A DNA stretch of 64,000 nucleotides, from NCBI GenBank assembly GCA_945871425.1, contig CAMBVS010000015.1, positions 903-64,902 of the forward strand. Direction: 5' to 3'. The stretch's first letter is position 1. The number at the start of each line of letters is the position of its first letter. Positions 56,048 to 64,000 of this stretch are shown here, in pieces. Made by a program: the position numbers and the translations under genes. Source of the DNA: Rhizobium sp. Q54 (GTDB lineage: Bacteria > Pseudomonadota > Alphaproteobacteria > SHVZ01). A model generated the notes under the pieces. The model did not search any database and was not told where the DNA came from. It saw only the letters and a list, made by a program, of their open reading frames with translations.

Positions 56048-58086
56048 CTCGCCGCCGCCGCCGCGTGGCGGCCGCCATGGTCCTCGATCACCTTGTCGGC
56101 GAGCCGTCCGGTGAGCTCGGCCAAGTGGTCGAACTTCCAGCTATAGGTCGCGACGCCAAGCGTGAGCGAACGGAGTTCGATGATGAGGTCGTGGATCTCG
56201 GACTGCGGCATGTTGGCGGTGACCTCGTCCCAGCCCTTCCAGCCGGGCTTGGCGTCGTAGCCGAGGATCTGGCCGCGTCGCCCGGTGATCACCCGCTGCA
56301 CCTTGGCGGTATGATCGTTCGGCACCGAGATGGTGACGAGCCCGATCGGTTCCAGCAGCACGGGATCGCATTTGGGCAGGCCCTCGCTCATGGCGATGCG
56401 GCCGGCGGTCTTGAAGGCCATGTCGGAGGAATCGACGGCGTGATACTGGCCGTCGGTCAGCGTGACGGCGACGTCGACGACCTTGAATCCCAGCACGCCC
56501 TTGTTCAGGAATTCGCGCACGCCCTCCTCGACCGAAGGGATCCATTGGCGCGGGATGGCGCCGCCGACGATCTTGTCGACGAAGGCGAAGCCCTCGCCCC
56601 GCGGCAGCGGATGGATCTCGATATGGACGTCGCCGAACTGGCCGTGGCCGCCGGTCTGGCGCTTGTGCCGGCCGTGCTGCTTCGCCGTCTTCCGGACGGT
56701 CTCGCGGTAGGGGACGCGCGGCCGGGTCGTGCTGATCTTCAGGCTGTTGCGCTGGCGCAGGCGATCGAGGGCGATCTGCAGATGGATGTCGCCCTGGCCC
56801 GAGAGAACGAGCTGGCCCAGGTCGCCGTCATGCTCGAGGCTGAGCGAAGGGTCTTCTTCCAGCATCCGCTGGATGGCGCCGGAGAGCTTGACCTCGTCGT
56901 TGCGGTTGTCGGCATGGATGGCGAGCGAGAAGACCGGCGCGAGGGGCTGAGGGAACGTCCTCAGGCTGGCCGGGCGCTGGCCGGACGGCGTCAGCGCGTC
57001 GCCGGTCTTGACCGGATCCATGCGGCCGAAGGCGACGACGTCGCCGGCCTTGGCCTCGGCGAGCTTGGTAAGCTGCCCGCCCAGCGGCTTGAGGATGCCG
57101 GAGACGCGCGAGCCGCCGAGGGTCTGGCCGTCCTTGACCGATCCGCGCCAGACCCGGACGTAGCTGAGCTTGCCGGTGCCGGCGGCGTAGACCGTCTTGA
57201 ACACTTCGGCGACCGCCTCGCCGTCGGAGGGGAGGCCGCGGCGCGCGGCGGCGACGTGATGGGTCGGCGTCTCGTGTCTGAGCGCCTTCAGGAGACGGCG
57301 GACACCGTGGTCCTTTTCGGCTGCGCCGAGGAAGATGGGCACGACCCGGTCGTCGCGAAGGTCCTTCGAGAGCTCCTGGTAGATCTCCTTGGGCGAGGGG
57401 ATCACGTCCTCGAGCAGCTTCTCCAGCAGCTTGTCGTCGAAGTCGGCGAGGGCCTCCAGCATCTCGGTGCGAGCGGCCTTCTCCTCCGGCGCCAGGGCAT
57501 CGGGGATCTGGATCAGGTCGGAAGCCTGGCCGGGCTTGTAGCGATAGGCCCTCTCGCTCACCAGGTCGATGTAGCCGGTGACGGCGTCGTTCTCGCGGAT
57601 CGGCACCTGGCGCAGCACCAGCGGCCGCTCCGATATTTCCTGCAGCGCCTGAAGGAGCGCCCGCGGCGACTGGGTGGCGCCGTCCATCTTGTTGACGAAC
57701 ACCATGTGCGGAATCGCGTGCTCGTCGATGAAGCGGAAGATCGGGGCCGCCGTCTGCACACGTTCGGCGACCGGCTCGATGACGACGATGGCGACGTCGG
57801 CGGCCATCAGCGCATTCCGCGCTTCCTGCGTCAGCTCGATCGAGCCGGGCGTATCGATGAAGGTCCAGGAGTCGCCGAGATATGTCGCCGCGGCGGCCGA
57901 CATCTCGATGCTCATGTGACGGGCGCGGGCGTCGGGGGAGGCGTCGCCGACGCTGGTCCCGTCCTTGACCGAGCCGCGCTTGGAGATCGTGCCGGAGGCG
58001 TGCAGCATCGCTTCTAGGAGCGTGGTCTTGCCCGAAAGATAAGGCCCGACCAGCACGGCGCATCTGGAACTTGGAGTGCTCGCCAT
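56044..58086 (-). CDS. Elongation factor G-like translational GTPase paralog
   Basis: Track ORF 56044..58152. Start ATG 58086 (GGGAGG upstream). G1 GPYLSGKTT, G3 DTPGS, G4 NKMD, and EF-G domains II-V recognisable. Confidence 0.88.
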   Translation of the reverse strand: MASTPSSRCAVLVGPYLSGKTTLLEAMLHASGTISKRGSVKDGTSVGDASPDARARHMSIEMSAAAATYLGDSWTFIDTPGSIELTQEARNALMAADVAIVVIEPVAERVQTAAPIFRFIDEHAIPHMVFVNKMDGATQSPRALLQALQEISERPLVLRQVPIRENDAVTGYIDLVSERAYRYKPGQASDLIQIPDALAPEEKAARTEMLEALADFDDKLLEKLLEDVIPSPKEIYQELSKDLRDDRVVPIFLGAAEKDHGVRRLLKALRHETPTHHVAAARRGLPSDGEAVAEVFKTVYAAGTGKLSYVRVWRGSVKDGQTLGGSRVSGILKPLGGQLTKLAEAKAGDVVAFGRMDPVKTGDALTPSGQRPASLRTFPQPLAPVFSLAIHADNRNDEVKLSGAIQRMLEEDPSLSLEHDGDLGQLVLSGQGDIHLQIALDRLRQRNSLKISTTRPRVPYRETVRKTAKQHGRHKRQTGGHGQFGDVHIEIHPLPRGEGFAFVDKIVGGAIPRQWIPSVEEGVREFLNKGVLGFKVVDVAVTLTDGQYHAVDSSDMAFKTAGRIAMSEGLPKCDPVLLEPIGLVTISVPNDHTAKVQRVITGRRGQILGYDAKPGWKGWDEVTANMPQSEIHDLIIELRSLTLGVATYSWKFDHLAELTGRLADKVIEDHGGRHAAAAAS

Positions 58087-58234
58087 CTTCGCCTCCCATG
58101 CCTTGTCCGGCCGGTCGGAAGCCGGCCGTTGGCGTATTGTGGACAGCCTCAAATCAGGCTGGCAAGGGGGCGGTTGTCCTGGTGATTTATCGGGAACCTC
58201 CGGCAGGCCACGCGTTTTCGGGCAAAGGCGGGGA

Positions 58235-59539
58235 TTACGCCGCCTGCTCGGTAGGCGCCGGCCGCGGCGGAGTCACCCGCAGCAGCGTGATCTGATTGCG
58301 CTGCCGGCGCAGCACGCCGAAGCGGAAACCATGGAAGGTGAATTCCTGGCCGACCTCCGGAATGCGCCTCGCCTCGTTGAGGACGAGGCCGGCGATGGTC
58401 GAGGCGTCGTCGTCGGGCAGGCGCCATTCGAGCTCGCGGTTGAGATCGCGGATCGGCACGGCGCCGTCGATCAGATAGGAGCCGTCCGGCTGGGCGCGGA
58501 CGCCGACGACGGCGGCCTGATGCTCGTCGAAGATGTCGCCGACGATCTCCTCCAGGATGTCCTCGAGAGTGACGATGCCCATCAGCGTGCCGTACTCGTC
58601 CACCACCAGGGCGAAGTGCTCGCGGCGCTCGCGGAACTGCCGCAGCTGGCCCAGCAGCGAGGAGGTGTCGGGGATGAACCAGGGCTTGGCGGCGATCGCC
58701 AGGATGTCGACCTTGGAGACGTCGCCGCCGACCGCCTGCAGCGCTCTCAGGAGTGCCTTGGCATGGAGCACGCCGACGACATTGTCGGGCTCGTCGCGGT
58801 AGAGTGGAAGCCGCGTATAGGGGCTGGCCAGCACCTGCGCCTCGATCTCCGTCGCCGGCCGGTCGACATCCAGCATGATCACGTTCTTGCGGTGGATCAT
58901 GATCTGGCCGACCTCGACGTCGTCGAGGTCGAGGATGGAACGCAGCATCTCGCGCTCCTCCTTGATCTCCGGCTCCGTCCCCTTGTGCAGCTCGATGGCG
59001 CCGCGCAGCTCTTGCTCGCTCTCGGCCGATCCCAGCTCCGCCTTCACCCGCACGCCGAAGACATGGAGCACGCCGCGAACGACGATGGCGAAGGCGCGGG
59101 TGACCGGCGTCATCAGCCAGACGATCGGCTTCAGCGCCGGCGCCAGCACCAGCGCCACCCGGTCCGGGTTGTTGAGGGCGTAGGTCTTGGGCAGGATCTC
59201 GCCGAACACCAGTACCAGCACGGTCATCACCACGGTCGCATAGGCGACGCCGACCTCGCCGAAAAGCGTGATCAGGGCGCTGGTCGCCAACGCCGAGGCC
59301 AGGATGTTGACCAGGTTGTTGCCGACGAGCACGGTACCGATCAAGCGCTCGGAATGGGCACGGATCTCGTTGACGATCTTGGCGCGCCGCGATCCCTGGC
59401 GGGCGAGCGCATGCAGCCGCGGGCGCGATGCGGCCGTCATCGCCGTCTCCGAGATCGAGAAGAACGCGGAGATCACCAGCAGCAGCGTGATCGCCGCGAT
59501 CGTCGCCCACATCTCGGAATCGCCATGGAAGAACGGCAT
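58235..59539 (-). CDS. CNNM/HlyC/CorC family transporter (DUF21 + CBS pair + CorC_HlyC; TlyC-like)
   Basis: ...SAFFSISETAM..., ...GEILPK..., CBS pair region and C-terminal CorC domain. Alternative start at the second Met (59512). Confidence 0.88.
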   Translation of the reverse strand: MPFFHGDSEMWATIAAITLLLVISAFFSISETAMTAASRPRLHALARQGSRRAKIVNEIRAHSERLIGTVLVGNNLVNILASALATSALITLFGEVGVAYATVVMTVLVLVFGEILPKTYALNNPDRVALVLAPALKPIVWLMTPVTRAFAIVVRGVLHVFGVRVKAELGSAESEQELRGAIELHKGTEPEIKEEREMLRSILDLDDVEVGQIMIHRKNVIMLDVDRPATEIEAQVLASPYTRLPLYRDEPDNVVGVLHAKALLRALQAVGGDVSKVDILAIAAKPWFIPDTSSLLGQLRQFRERREHFALVVDEYGTLMGIVTLEDILEEIVGDIFDEHQAAVVGVRAQPDGSYLIDGAVPIRDLNRELEWRLPDDDASTIAGLVLNEARRIPEVGQEFTFHGFRFGVLRRQRNQITLLRVTPPRPAPTEQAA

Positions 59540-59548
59540 GGCGTCGAC

Positions 59549-60670
59549 TCAGGCGGCCAGCGCCGCGGCGAGCACGGCCTGGACGTCGGATGCCTCGACC
59601 TCGCGGCTGACGAAAGCCTGGCCAATGCCGCGGACCAGGATGAAGGTGAGCCGGCCGTCGACCACCTTCTTGTCGCGGCCCATGTGGTTGAGCAGCCGCG
59701 CGGGCGGCCAGTTGCGTCCGGCGAGGCCCGTCGGCAAGCCCATGCGGGCAAGGTGATGCTTGGCGCGCGCCGCGTCGGCCGGCGGGCAGAGGCCGAGGCG
59801 GACCGAGAGGTTGAAGGCGAGCGCCATGCCGATGGCGACGGCCTCGCCATGCAGCATCTCGGGCCCGTAGCCGAGCTCGGATTCGAAGGCATGGCCGAAG
59901 GTGTGGCCGAGATTGAGCAGCGCCCGATCGCCGGTCTCGCGCTCGTCGGCCGCCACGATCCGTGCCTTCATCCGGCAGGAATGCGCCACCGCGTGCCGCC
60001 GCTCCGGACCGTCGCGCTCGAGGACGGCGGGACCGTTGGCGTCCAGCCAGTCAAAAAAGGCGGCATCGCCGAGGAGCCCGTATTTCACCACCTCGGCATA
60101 CCCCGCCAGCCGCTCTCGCCTGGGCAGAGTGTCGAGGACCGAGGTGTCGGCCAGCACCAGCCGGGGCTGATGGAAGGCGCCGACCAGGTTCTTGCCGTGC
60201 CGGGTGTTGATCCCGGTCTTGCCGCCGACCGAGCTGTCGACCTGGGCCAGCAGCGTGGTCGGGATCTGCACGAAGTCGATGCCGCGCAGGATCAGCGCCG
60301 CGGCGACGCCGGTCAGGTCGCCGATGACGCCGCCGCCGAGGGCGACCAGCATGGTCCGCCGTTCGATCCGGCGCTCGAGCAGCTGGTCGGTCAGCTGCTG
60401 CAGATGGGCGAAGTCCTTGGTGCCTTCGCCGGGCGGCATCAACACCGTGTCATTGGCGATCTTCGCGCGGTCGAGCGAGGCTTCCAGGGCGGCGAGATGC
60501 AGCCCGGCGACGGTCGCGTCGGCGACCACCACGACCCGCCGCTGCGCCAGCACCGGCAGCATGTGCCCGCCGGCCTCGCCGAGAAGCCCCGGGCCGACCA
60601 GGATCTGGTAGCTGCGGTCGCCGAGGGCGACGGTCAATCGCTCGGTCGTACTGTGCCCGTCGCCGTTCAT
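59549..60670 (-). CDS. aroB: 3-dehydroquinate synthase
   Basis: ...ALGGGVIGDLTG..., ...LNLGHTFGHAFE... Start overlaps the aroK stop. Confidence 0.93.
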   Translation of the reverse strand: MNGDGHSTTERLTVALGDRSYQILVGPGLLGEAGGHMLPVLAQRRVVVVADATVAGLHLAALEASLDRAKIANDTVLMPPGEGTKDFAHLQQLTDQLLERRIERRTMLVALGGGVIGDLTGVAAALILRGIDFVQIPTTLLAQVDSSVGGKTGINTRHGKNLVGAFHQPRLVLADTSVLDTLPRRERLAGYAEVVKYGLLGDAAFFDWLDANGPAVLERDGPERRHAVAHSCRMKARIVAADERETGDRALLNLGHTFGHAFESELGYGPEMLHGEAVAIGMALAFNLSVRLGLCPPADAARAKHHLARMGLPTGLAGRNWPPARLLNHMGRDKKVVDGRLTFILVRGIGQAFVSREVEASDVQAVLAAALAA

Positions 60671-61278
60671 GGCATCGCCGCGACCGGTTCGAGCGCCTGC
60701 AGCGCGCTCAGCACGGCGTCGACGGTGACGTCGGGCGGCGCATCTCGGGTGTCGACGGTGACGTCGGCCTCGGCATAGAGCGGATAGCGCTGGGCCATCA
60801 GCCCGGCCAGGATCTCCCGAGGATCGCCGCGCTTGAGCAGCGGGCGGTTGGCGCGGCGCGCGACCCGGTGCAGAAGCAGATCGAGATCGGCGCGAAGCCA
60901 GACCGAGAGGCCGCGCGCCTTCACCTGGGCGCGGGTCTCGGGGTCGATGAAGGCGCCGCCGCCGGTGGCGACGACCTGGACCGGCTCCTCGAGCAGGCGC
61001 CCGATCACCCGGCGTTCGCAGTCCCGGAAGGCCTTTTCCCCGTACATTTCGAAAATCGTCTCGATGGTGCAGCCGGCGGCGGTCTCGATCTCATGGTCGG
61101 AATCGACGAAGGCGAGGCCGAGGCGCTGAGCCAGGCGCCGGCCGATCGAAGTCTTGCCGGCCCCCATAAGGCCGACCAGAACAACGGAGCGGGATGGCCG
61201 GTAGCCGGCACCCGCGGGAGTCAGTGGATCGCGCGCCACCGTCGCCGCCGCAGAGTCGCCACGATTGAAGTCTAGCAT
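60667..61278 (-). CDS. aroK: Shikimate kinase
   Basis: P-loop GLMGAGKTSIGR and ...FVDSDHEIE... Start is ATG 61278 or GTG 61299. Confidence 0.92.
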   Translation of the reverse strand: MLDFNRGDSAAATVARDPLTPAGAGYRPSRSVVLVGLMGAGKTSIGRRLAQRLGLAFVDSDHEIETAAGCTIETIFEMYGEKAFRDCERRVIGRLLEEPVQVVATGGGAFIDPETRAQVKARGLSVWLRADLDLLLHRVARRANRPLLKRGDPREILAGLMAQRYPLYAEADVTVDTRDAPPDVTVDAVLSALQALEPVAAMP

Positions 61279-61381
61279 GCCTGTCTCGGCCTGTCGCACG
61301 GCCGAGGTATAGGCTATCTAAGGGGGGTGATGCCAGCCGCGCCCGGCGGATGGCTCGGGACGGGGGGCTCGAACAACTCGG

Positions 61382-61543
61382 ATGGTGGAAGGCAAGGCGG
61401 TGAAGTCGCGCATCGGTCTCATGCTCGGACTCGGCATCGTCGCCGTCGTGGCCGGCGTTCTCGTGTTCCTGGCGACCTGGACGATTCCGGCGCCATCGAC
61501 CACGGTCGAACGGGTGATTCCGAATGAGAAGTTCAGCCGCTAG
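61382..61543 (+). CDS. Small (53 aa) single-TM membrane protein
   Basis: Below the track length cutoff. My translation is MVEGKAVKSRIGLMLGLGIVAVVAGVLVFLATWTIPAPSTTVERVIPNEKFSR, with nearly all third positions G/C. Overlaps the next gene by 20 nt. Confidence 0.5.
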   Translation: MVEGKAVKSRIGLMLGLGIVAVVAGVLVFLATWTIPAPSTTVERVIPNEKFSR

Positions 61544-63332
61544 GCTCGCCCTTGCGGCGGGGCTGGTCGCCGTTCTGTGGTCGGTTGCAGCGGCGGCACA
61601 GCCCTCGGGCCCGATTCGCCTGACGCCGACGCGCCCCGCGACGCCGCCGCCGGCGACGGACGTCAGGCCGGCCGAAGATCCGAAGCCGGTTCCGACCGAG
61701 GCGTTGCCCTCGCCGGGCATCCTGACCAACGCTCCCGGCACGCCGCAGGGCGGCATCCAGGTTGATACTCTTCAGGCTGTCGACGCCGACGCGCTCGGCA
61801 CCCTCTCCGCCGAAGAAGGCGCTCTGCCGACGACGCTCTGGCAAGGAACGCCGCGTCCGGTTGCCGATCGGCTGATCGGTCTGCTCCCGGCCTTGCCGGA
61901 GGCGCGGGTCGGCCGCGACCTCGAGCGGCGCCTGCTGCTGTCGGCGGCGCTCCTGCCAGAAGGCCCCGCAGCGGAGCCAAGGCTGCTGGTGGCGCGGGCC
62001 GAGAAGCTGGCGGCGCTGGGCGAAATCGCCGGGCTCGACCGCCTCCTGAAGTCGCTGCCGCCCCGGATCAACGACGAACGGCTGATCCGTCTCAAGCTCG
62101 ATGCCGCCTATCTTCTCTTCGATACCAACGGTGCCTGCGCCGAGGTGCGTCGCGCGCTCGGCGTCAGCCGCAGTGAAGCCGCCCAGCGCGGCCAAGCCTT
62201 CTGCCTGGCGCTTGCCGGCGACGGCGGCAAGGCCGAGCTGTCGCTCCGTCTTCTCTCCGAACAGGGCTTCAAACCCGATCCGACCTATGACGCTCTGATG
62301 GAGGCGCTGATCCACGGCACCAGGGCCCGCCTTTCCGGCGTGAAGGAGCTTCGTCCTCTCGACCTTGCACTCTTTCGTGCCGCCAAGCAGCCGCCGCCGC
62401 CCGATGCAGCATCGTCGCGTTCGCCCGGCGTCTGGTGGGCGCTCGCCGACTCGCCCTCGACCGAGCCGGGGATGCGCATCATGCTCGCCGAGCGCCTGGA
62501 GGCGATGGGTGTCTGGTCGGTCGAACGCCGGACCAAGGTCATCCTCGAGGCCGACCTGCCGGCAGAGCTTCTCGACAATCCCCTGAGCCGGGCGGAGGCC
62601 GATCCCGGCCCGCGCGGCCGCGCCATCCTGCGTCGCGCGCTCGACCGCCAGCAGACGCCGCTCGCCCGCGCCCAGGTGATCGACAAGGCGCTGGCCCTCG
62701 GCGCCAAGAACAACGCCTATGCCGGCGAAGCCCGGCTCTATGCCTCCTCGATCGCGGCGATCCCGCCGTCGGTGGATTTCGCCTGGTTCGCCCCAGCCGC
62801 GGCGAGGGCGCTGGTGGTGGCGGGGCAACTCGATGCCGCCCGTGGCTGGACGGGTGTCATCGAGGCGCCGCGTGACGATGCCGGCCGGGTCGCAGCCGAC
62901 CGGTTGTGGGCCTTGTCCCGTCTTGCCGGGGGCGACGCCCTGGAGCCGTGGCGGAACGATCGACTCCTGGTCTGGGCCGAGCGGGCGAAGACGCAGCCTG
63001 AGGAAGCCTCGCGGCTCGCCCGCCTGCTGGCGTTGATGGAAGCGACCGGAGAGCCGGTCGATGGCCGGGTCTGGCGCGATCTGGTCGCCGACGGCGACCG
63101 CCGTCCGGTGGCGATGCCGACGCCGGCGTTGCTGCCCGCCCTGGCCGAAGCCGCCGCCAAGGGCCGGATCGGCGAGGGCATCGCGTTCGGCGCGCTGGCG
63201 CTCGGCGAGACCCGTCTTGCCGACCTGCCGCCGCCGGTACTGGCACCCGTCATCGCCGGCCTGGTGAGGCTGGGTCTTGCCGGCGAAGCGCGGGCGCTGG
63301 CGGTCGAAGCTGCGGTCGCTGCCGGCTTGTGA
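61524..63332 (+). CDS. Hypothetical secreted Ala/Leu/Pro-rich protein (conserved between aroK and xerD in Rhizobiales)
   Basis: Signal peptide MRSSAARLALAAGLVAVLWSVAAAAQ followed by a Pro-rich linker and then a helical repeat-like body. Confidence 0.7.
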   Translation: MRSSAARLALAAGLVAVLWSVAAAAQPSGPIRLTPTRPATPPPATDVRPAEDPKPVPTEALPSPGILTNAPGTPQGGIQVDTLQAVDADALGTLSAEEGALPTTLWQGTPRPVADRLIGLLPALPEARVGRDLERRLLLSAALLPEGPAAEPRLLVARAEKLAALGEIAGLDRLLKSLPPRINDERLIRLKLDAAYLLFDTNGACAEVRRALGVSRSEAAQRGQAFCLALAGDGGKAELSLRLLSEQGFKPDPTYDALMEALIHGTRARLSGVKELRPLDLALFRAAKQPPPPDAASSRSPGVWWALADSPSTEPGMRIMLAERLEAMGVWSVERRTKVILEADLPAELLDNPLSRAEADPGPRGRAILRRALDRQQTPLARAQVIDKALALGAKNNAYAGEARLYASSIAAIPPSVDFAWFAPAAARALVVAGQLDAARGWTGVIEAPRDDAGRVAADRLWALSRLAGGDALEPWRNDRLLVWAERAKTQPEEASRLARLLALMEATGEPVDGRVWRDLVADGDRRPVAMPTPALLPALAEAAAKGRIGEGIAFGALALGETRLADLPPPVLAPVIAGLVRLGLAGEARALAVEAAVAAGL

Positions 63333-64000
63333 GCCGCGACCGCCACATCGGTTCGTTCCTGGAGATGATGGCTGCCGAACGCGGCGCCGCGGCCAATACG
63401 CTTGCCGCCTATCGCCGCGACCTCGAGGGTTTTGCCGCGCATGCCGGCCGGCGCGGCCGCGCGTCGGCTGCGGCGTCGGCGGAGGATCTCCGTGCCTATC
63501 TGGCCGGGCTCGACTCATCAGGCATGTCTGCGCGCACCCAGGCGCGGCGGCTGTCCGCACTTCGACAGTTCCACCGCTTCCTCGTCGACGAGGGCATCCG
63601 CGCCGACGATCCTACTGCGAGCCTGGATTCGCCCAAGCTCGGCCGGCCCCTGCCGAAGGTGATGGCCGAGGACGAGGTCAGGCGGCTGATCGAGGCGGCG
63701 GCGGCCCGGGACGGCGTCGAAGGGCTCCGCCTCGTCGCCCTCCTGGAACTGATCTACGGCACCGGGCTTCGCGTCTCCGAGCTGGTCGGGCTGCCGCTTT
63801 CGGCGCTTCGCCGCGATGCGCCGGTACTCTTGGTGCGCGGCAAGGGCGACAAGGAACGGCTGGTGCCGCTGACCACTGCCGCGATCAAGGCGGTAGCTGC
63901 TTACCGCGTCGAGCGCGACCGCCTGCCGGCGGCCAAGGAGTCGCCCTGGCTCTTTCCCTCCCGCGGCAGCTCCGGCCATCTGACCCGCCATCGCTTCGCC
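63329..64000 (+). CDS. xerD: Tyrosine recombinase XerD (5' part; runs off the window)
   Basis: Absent from the track because no stop lies in the window. GTG 63329 forms a GTGA overlap with the previous gene. My translation is MSRDRHIGSFLEMMAAERGAAANTLAAYRRDLEGF...LELIYGTGLRVSELVGL...VRGKGDKERLVPL... Confidence 0.9.
   Translation, partial: MSRDRHIGSFLEMMAAERGAAANTLAAYRRDLEGFAAHAGRRGRASAAASAEDLRAYLAGLDSSGMSARTQARRLSALRQFHRFLVDEGIRADDPTASLDSPKLGRPLPKVMAEDEVRRLIEAAAARDGVEGLRLVALLELIYGTGLRVSELVGLPLSALRRDAPVLLVRGKGDKERLVPLTTAAIKAVAAYRVERDRLPAAKESPWLFPSRGSSGHLTRHRFA

Noticed and set aside
63329-64000. Tyrosine recombinase as a sign of an integrative mobile element
   Set aside because: The sequence and the aroK-aroB-linked context are those of chromosomal XerD (dimer resolution). 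There is no adjacent att-like repeat, tRNA or phage/ICE cargo.

Overview
Dense, high-GC alphaproteobacterial (Rhizobiales-like) chromosomal segment. Ordinary 60-nt lines I hand-counted run about 70-77% G+C. I call about 60 protein-coding genes, two decayed genes and one riboswitch-like leader. I saw no rRNA, tRNA, CRISPR array, transposase or phage integrase.

Positions 1-37 kb are an accessory metabolic patchwork:
- a c-type cytochrome with a FixK/FNR-type box;
- a Liv-type (HAAT) ABC importer operon that runs straight into a TIGR04076-like gene, two tandem aldo/keto reductases (the second fused to a RidA domain) and an M81 (MlrC-like) peptidase;
- a UxuA-like dehydratase, class II aldolase, alpha/beta hydrolase, Gfo/Idh/MocA oxidoreductase, a broken enolase-superfamily gene, S9 peptidase, HpcH aldolase, DMT transporter, PTE-like hydrolase, PaaK-like ligase, crotonase and NIPSNAP;
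- an orphan secreted protein in a lower-GC patch;
- AraC/DUF2000, LemA-M48, a PanE-like reductase, an SDR and a formamidase;
- a CrbS/CrbR-type two-component pair and a GMC oxidoreductase.

Positions 37-64 kb are mostly conserved core:
- a Mn2+ riboswitch-like leader plus UPF0016 exporter, a TPR-2OG oxygenase and a HupE stump;
- cca, a Nudix CoA pyrophosphatase and DUF1285;
- a moxR-DUF58-BatA/DUF4159-membrane operon;
- a ~0.9-kb low-GC islet carrying a single DUF4238 gene, which is the best candidate for an accessory or defence module;
- hisS, a GATase, a CN-hydrolase and a dienelactone hydrolase;
- an EF-G paralog lacking the switch-II His, a CNNM/TlyC protein, aroB-aroK and xerD.

Most long track ORFs lying antisense or out of frame to these genes are high-GC shadow ORFs. 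Function calls rest on motifs I read in the translations and on remembered family signatures. No database search was run.
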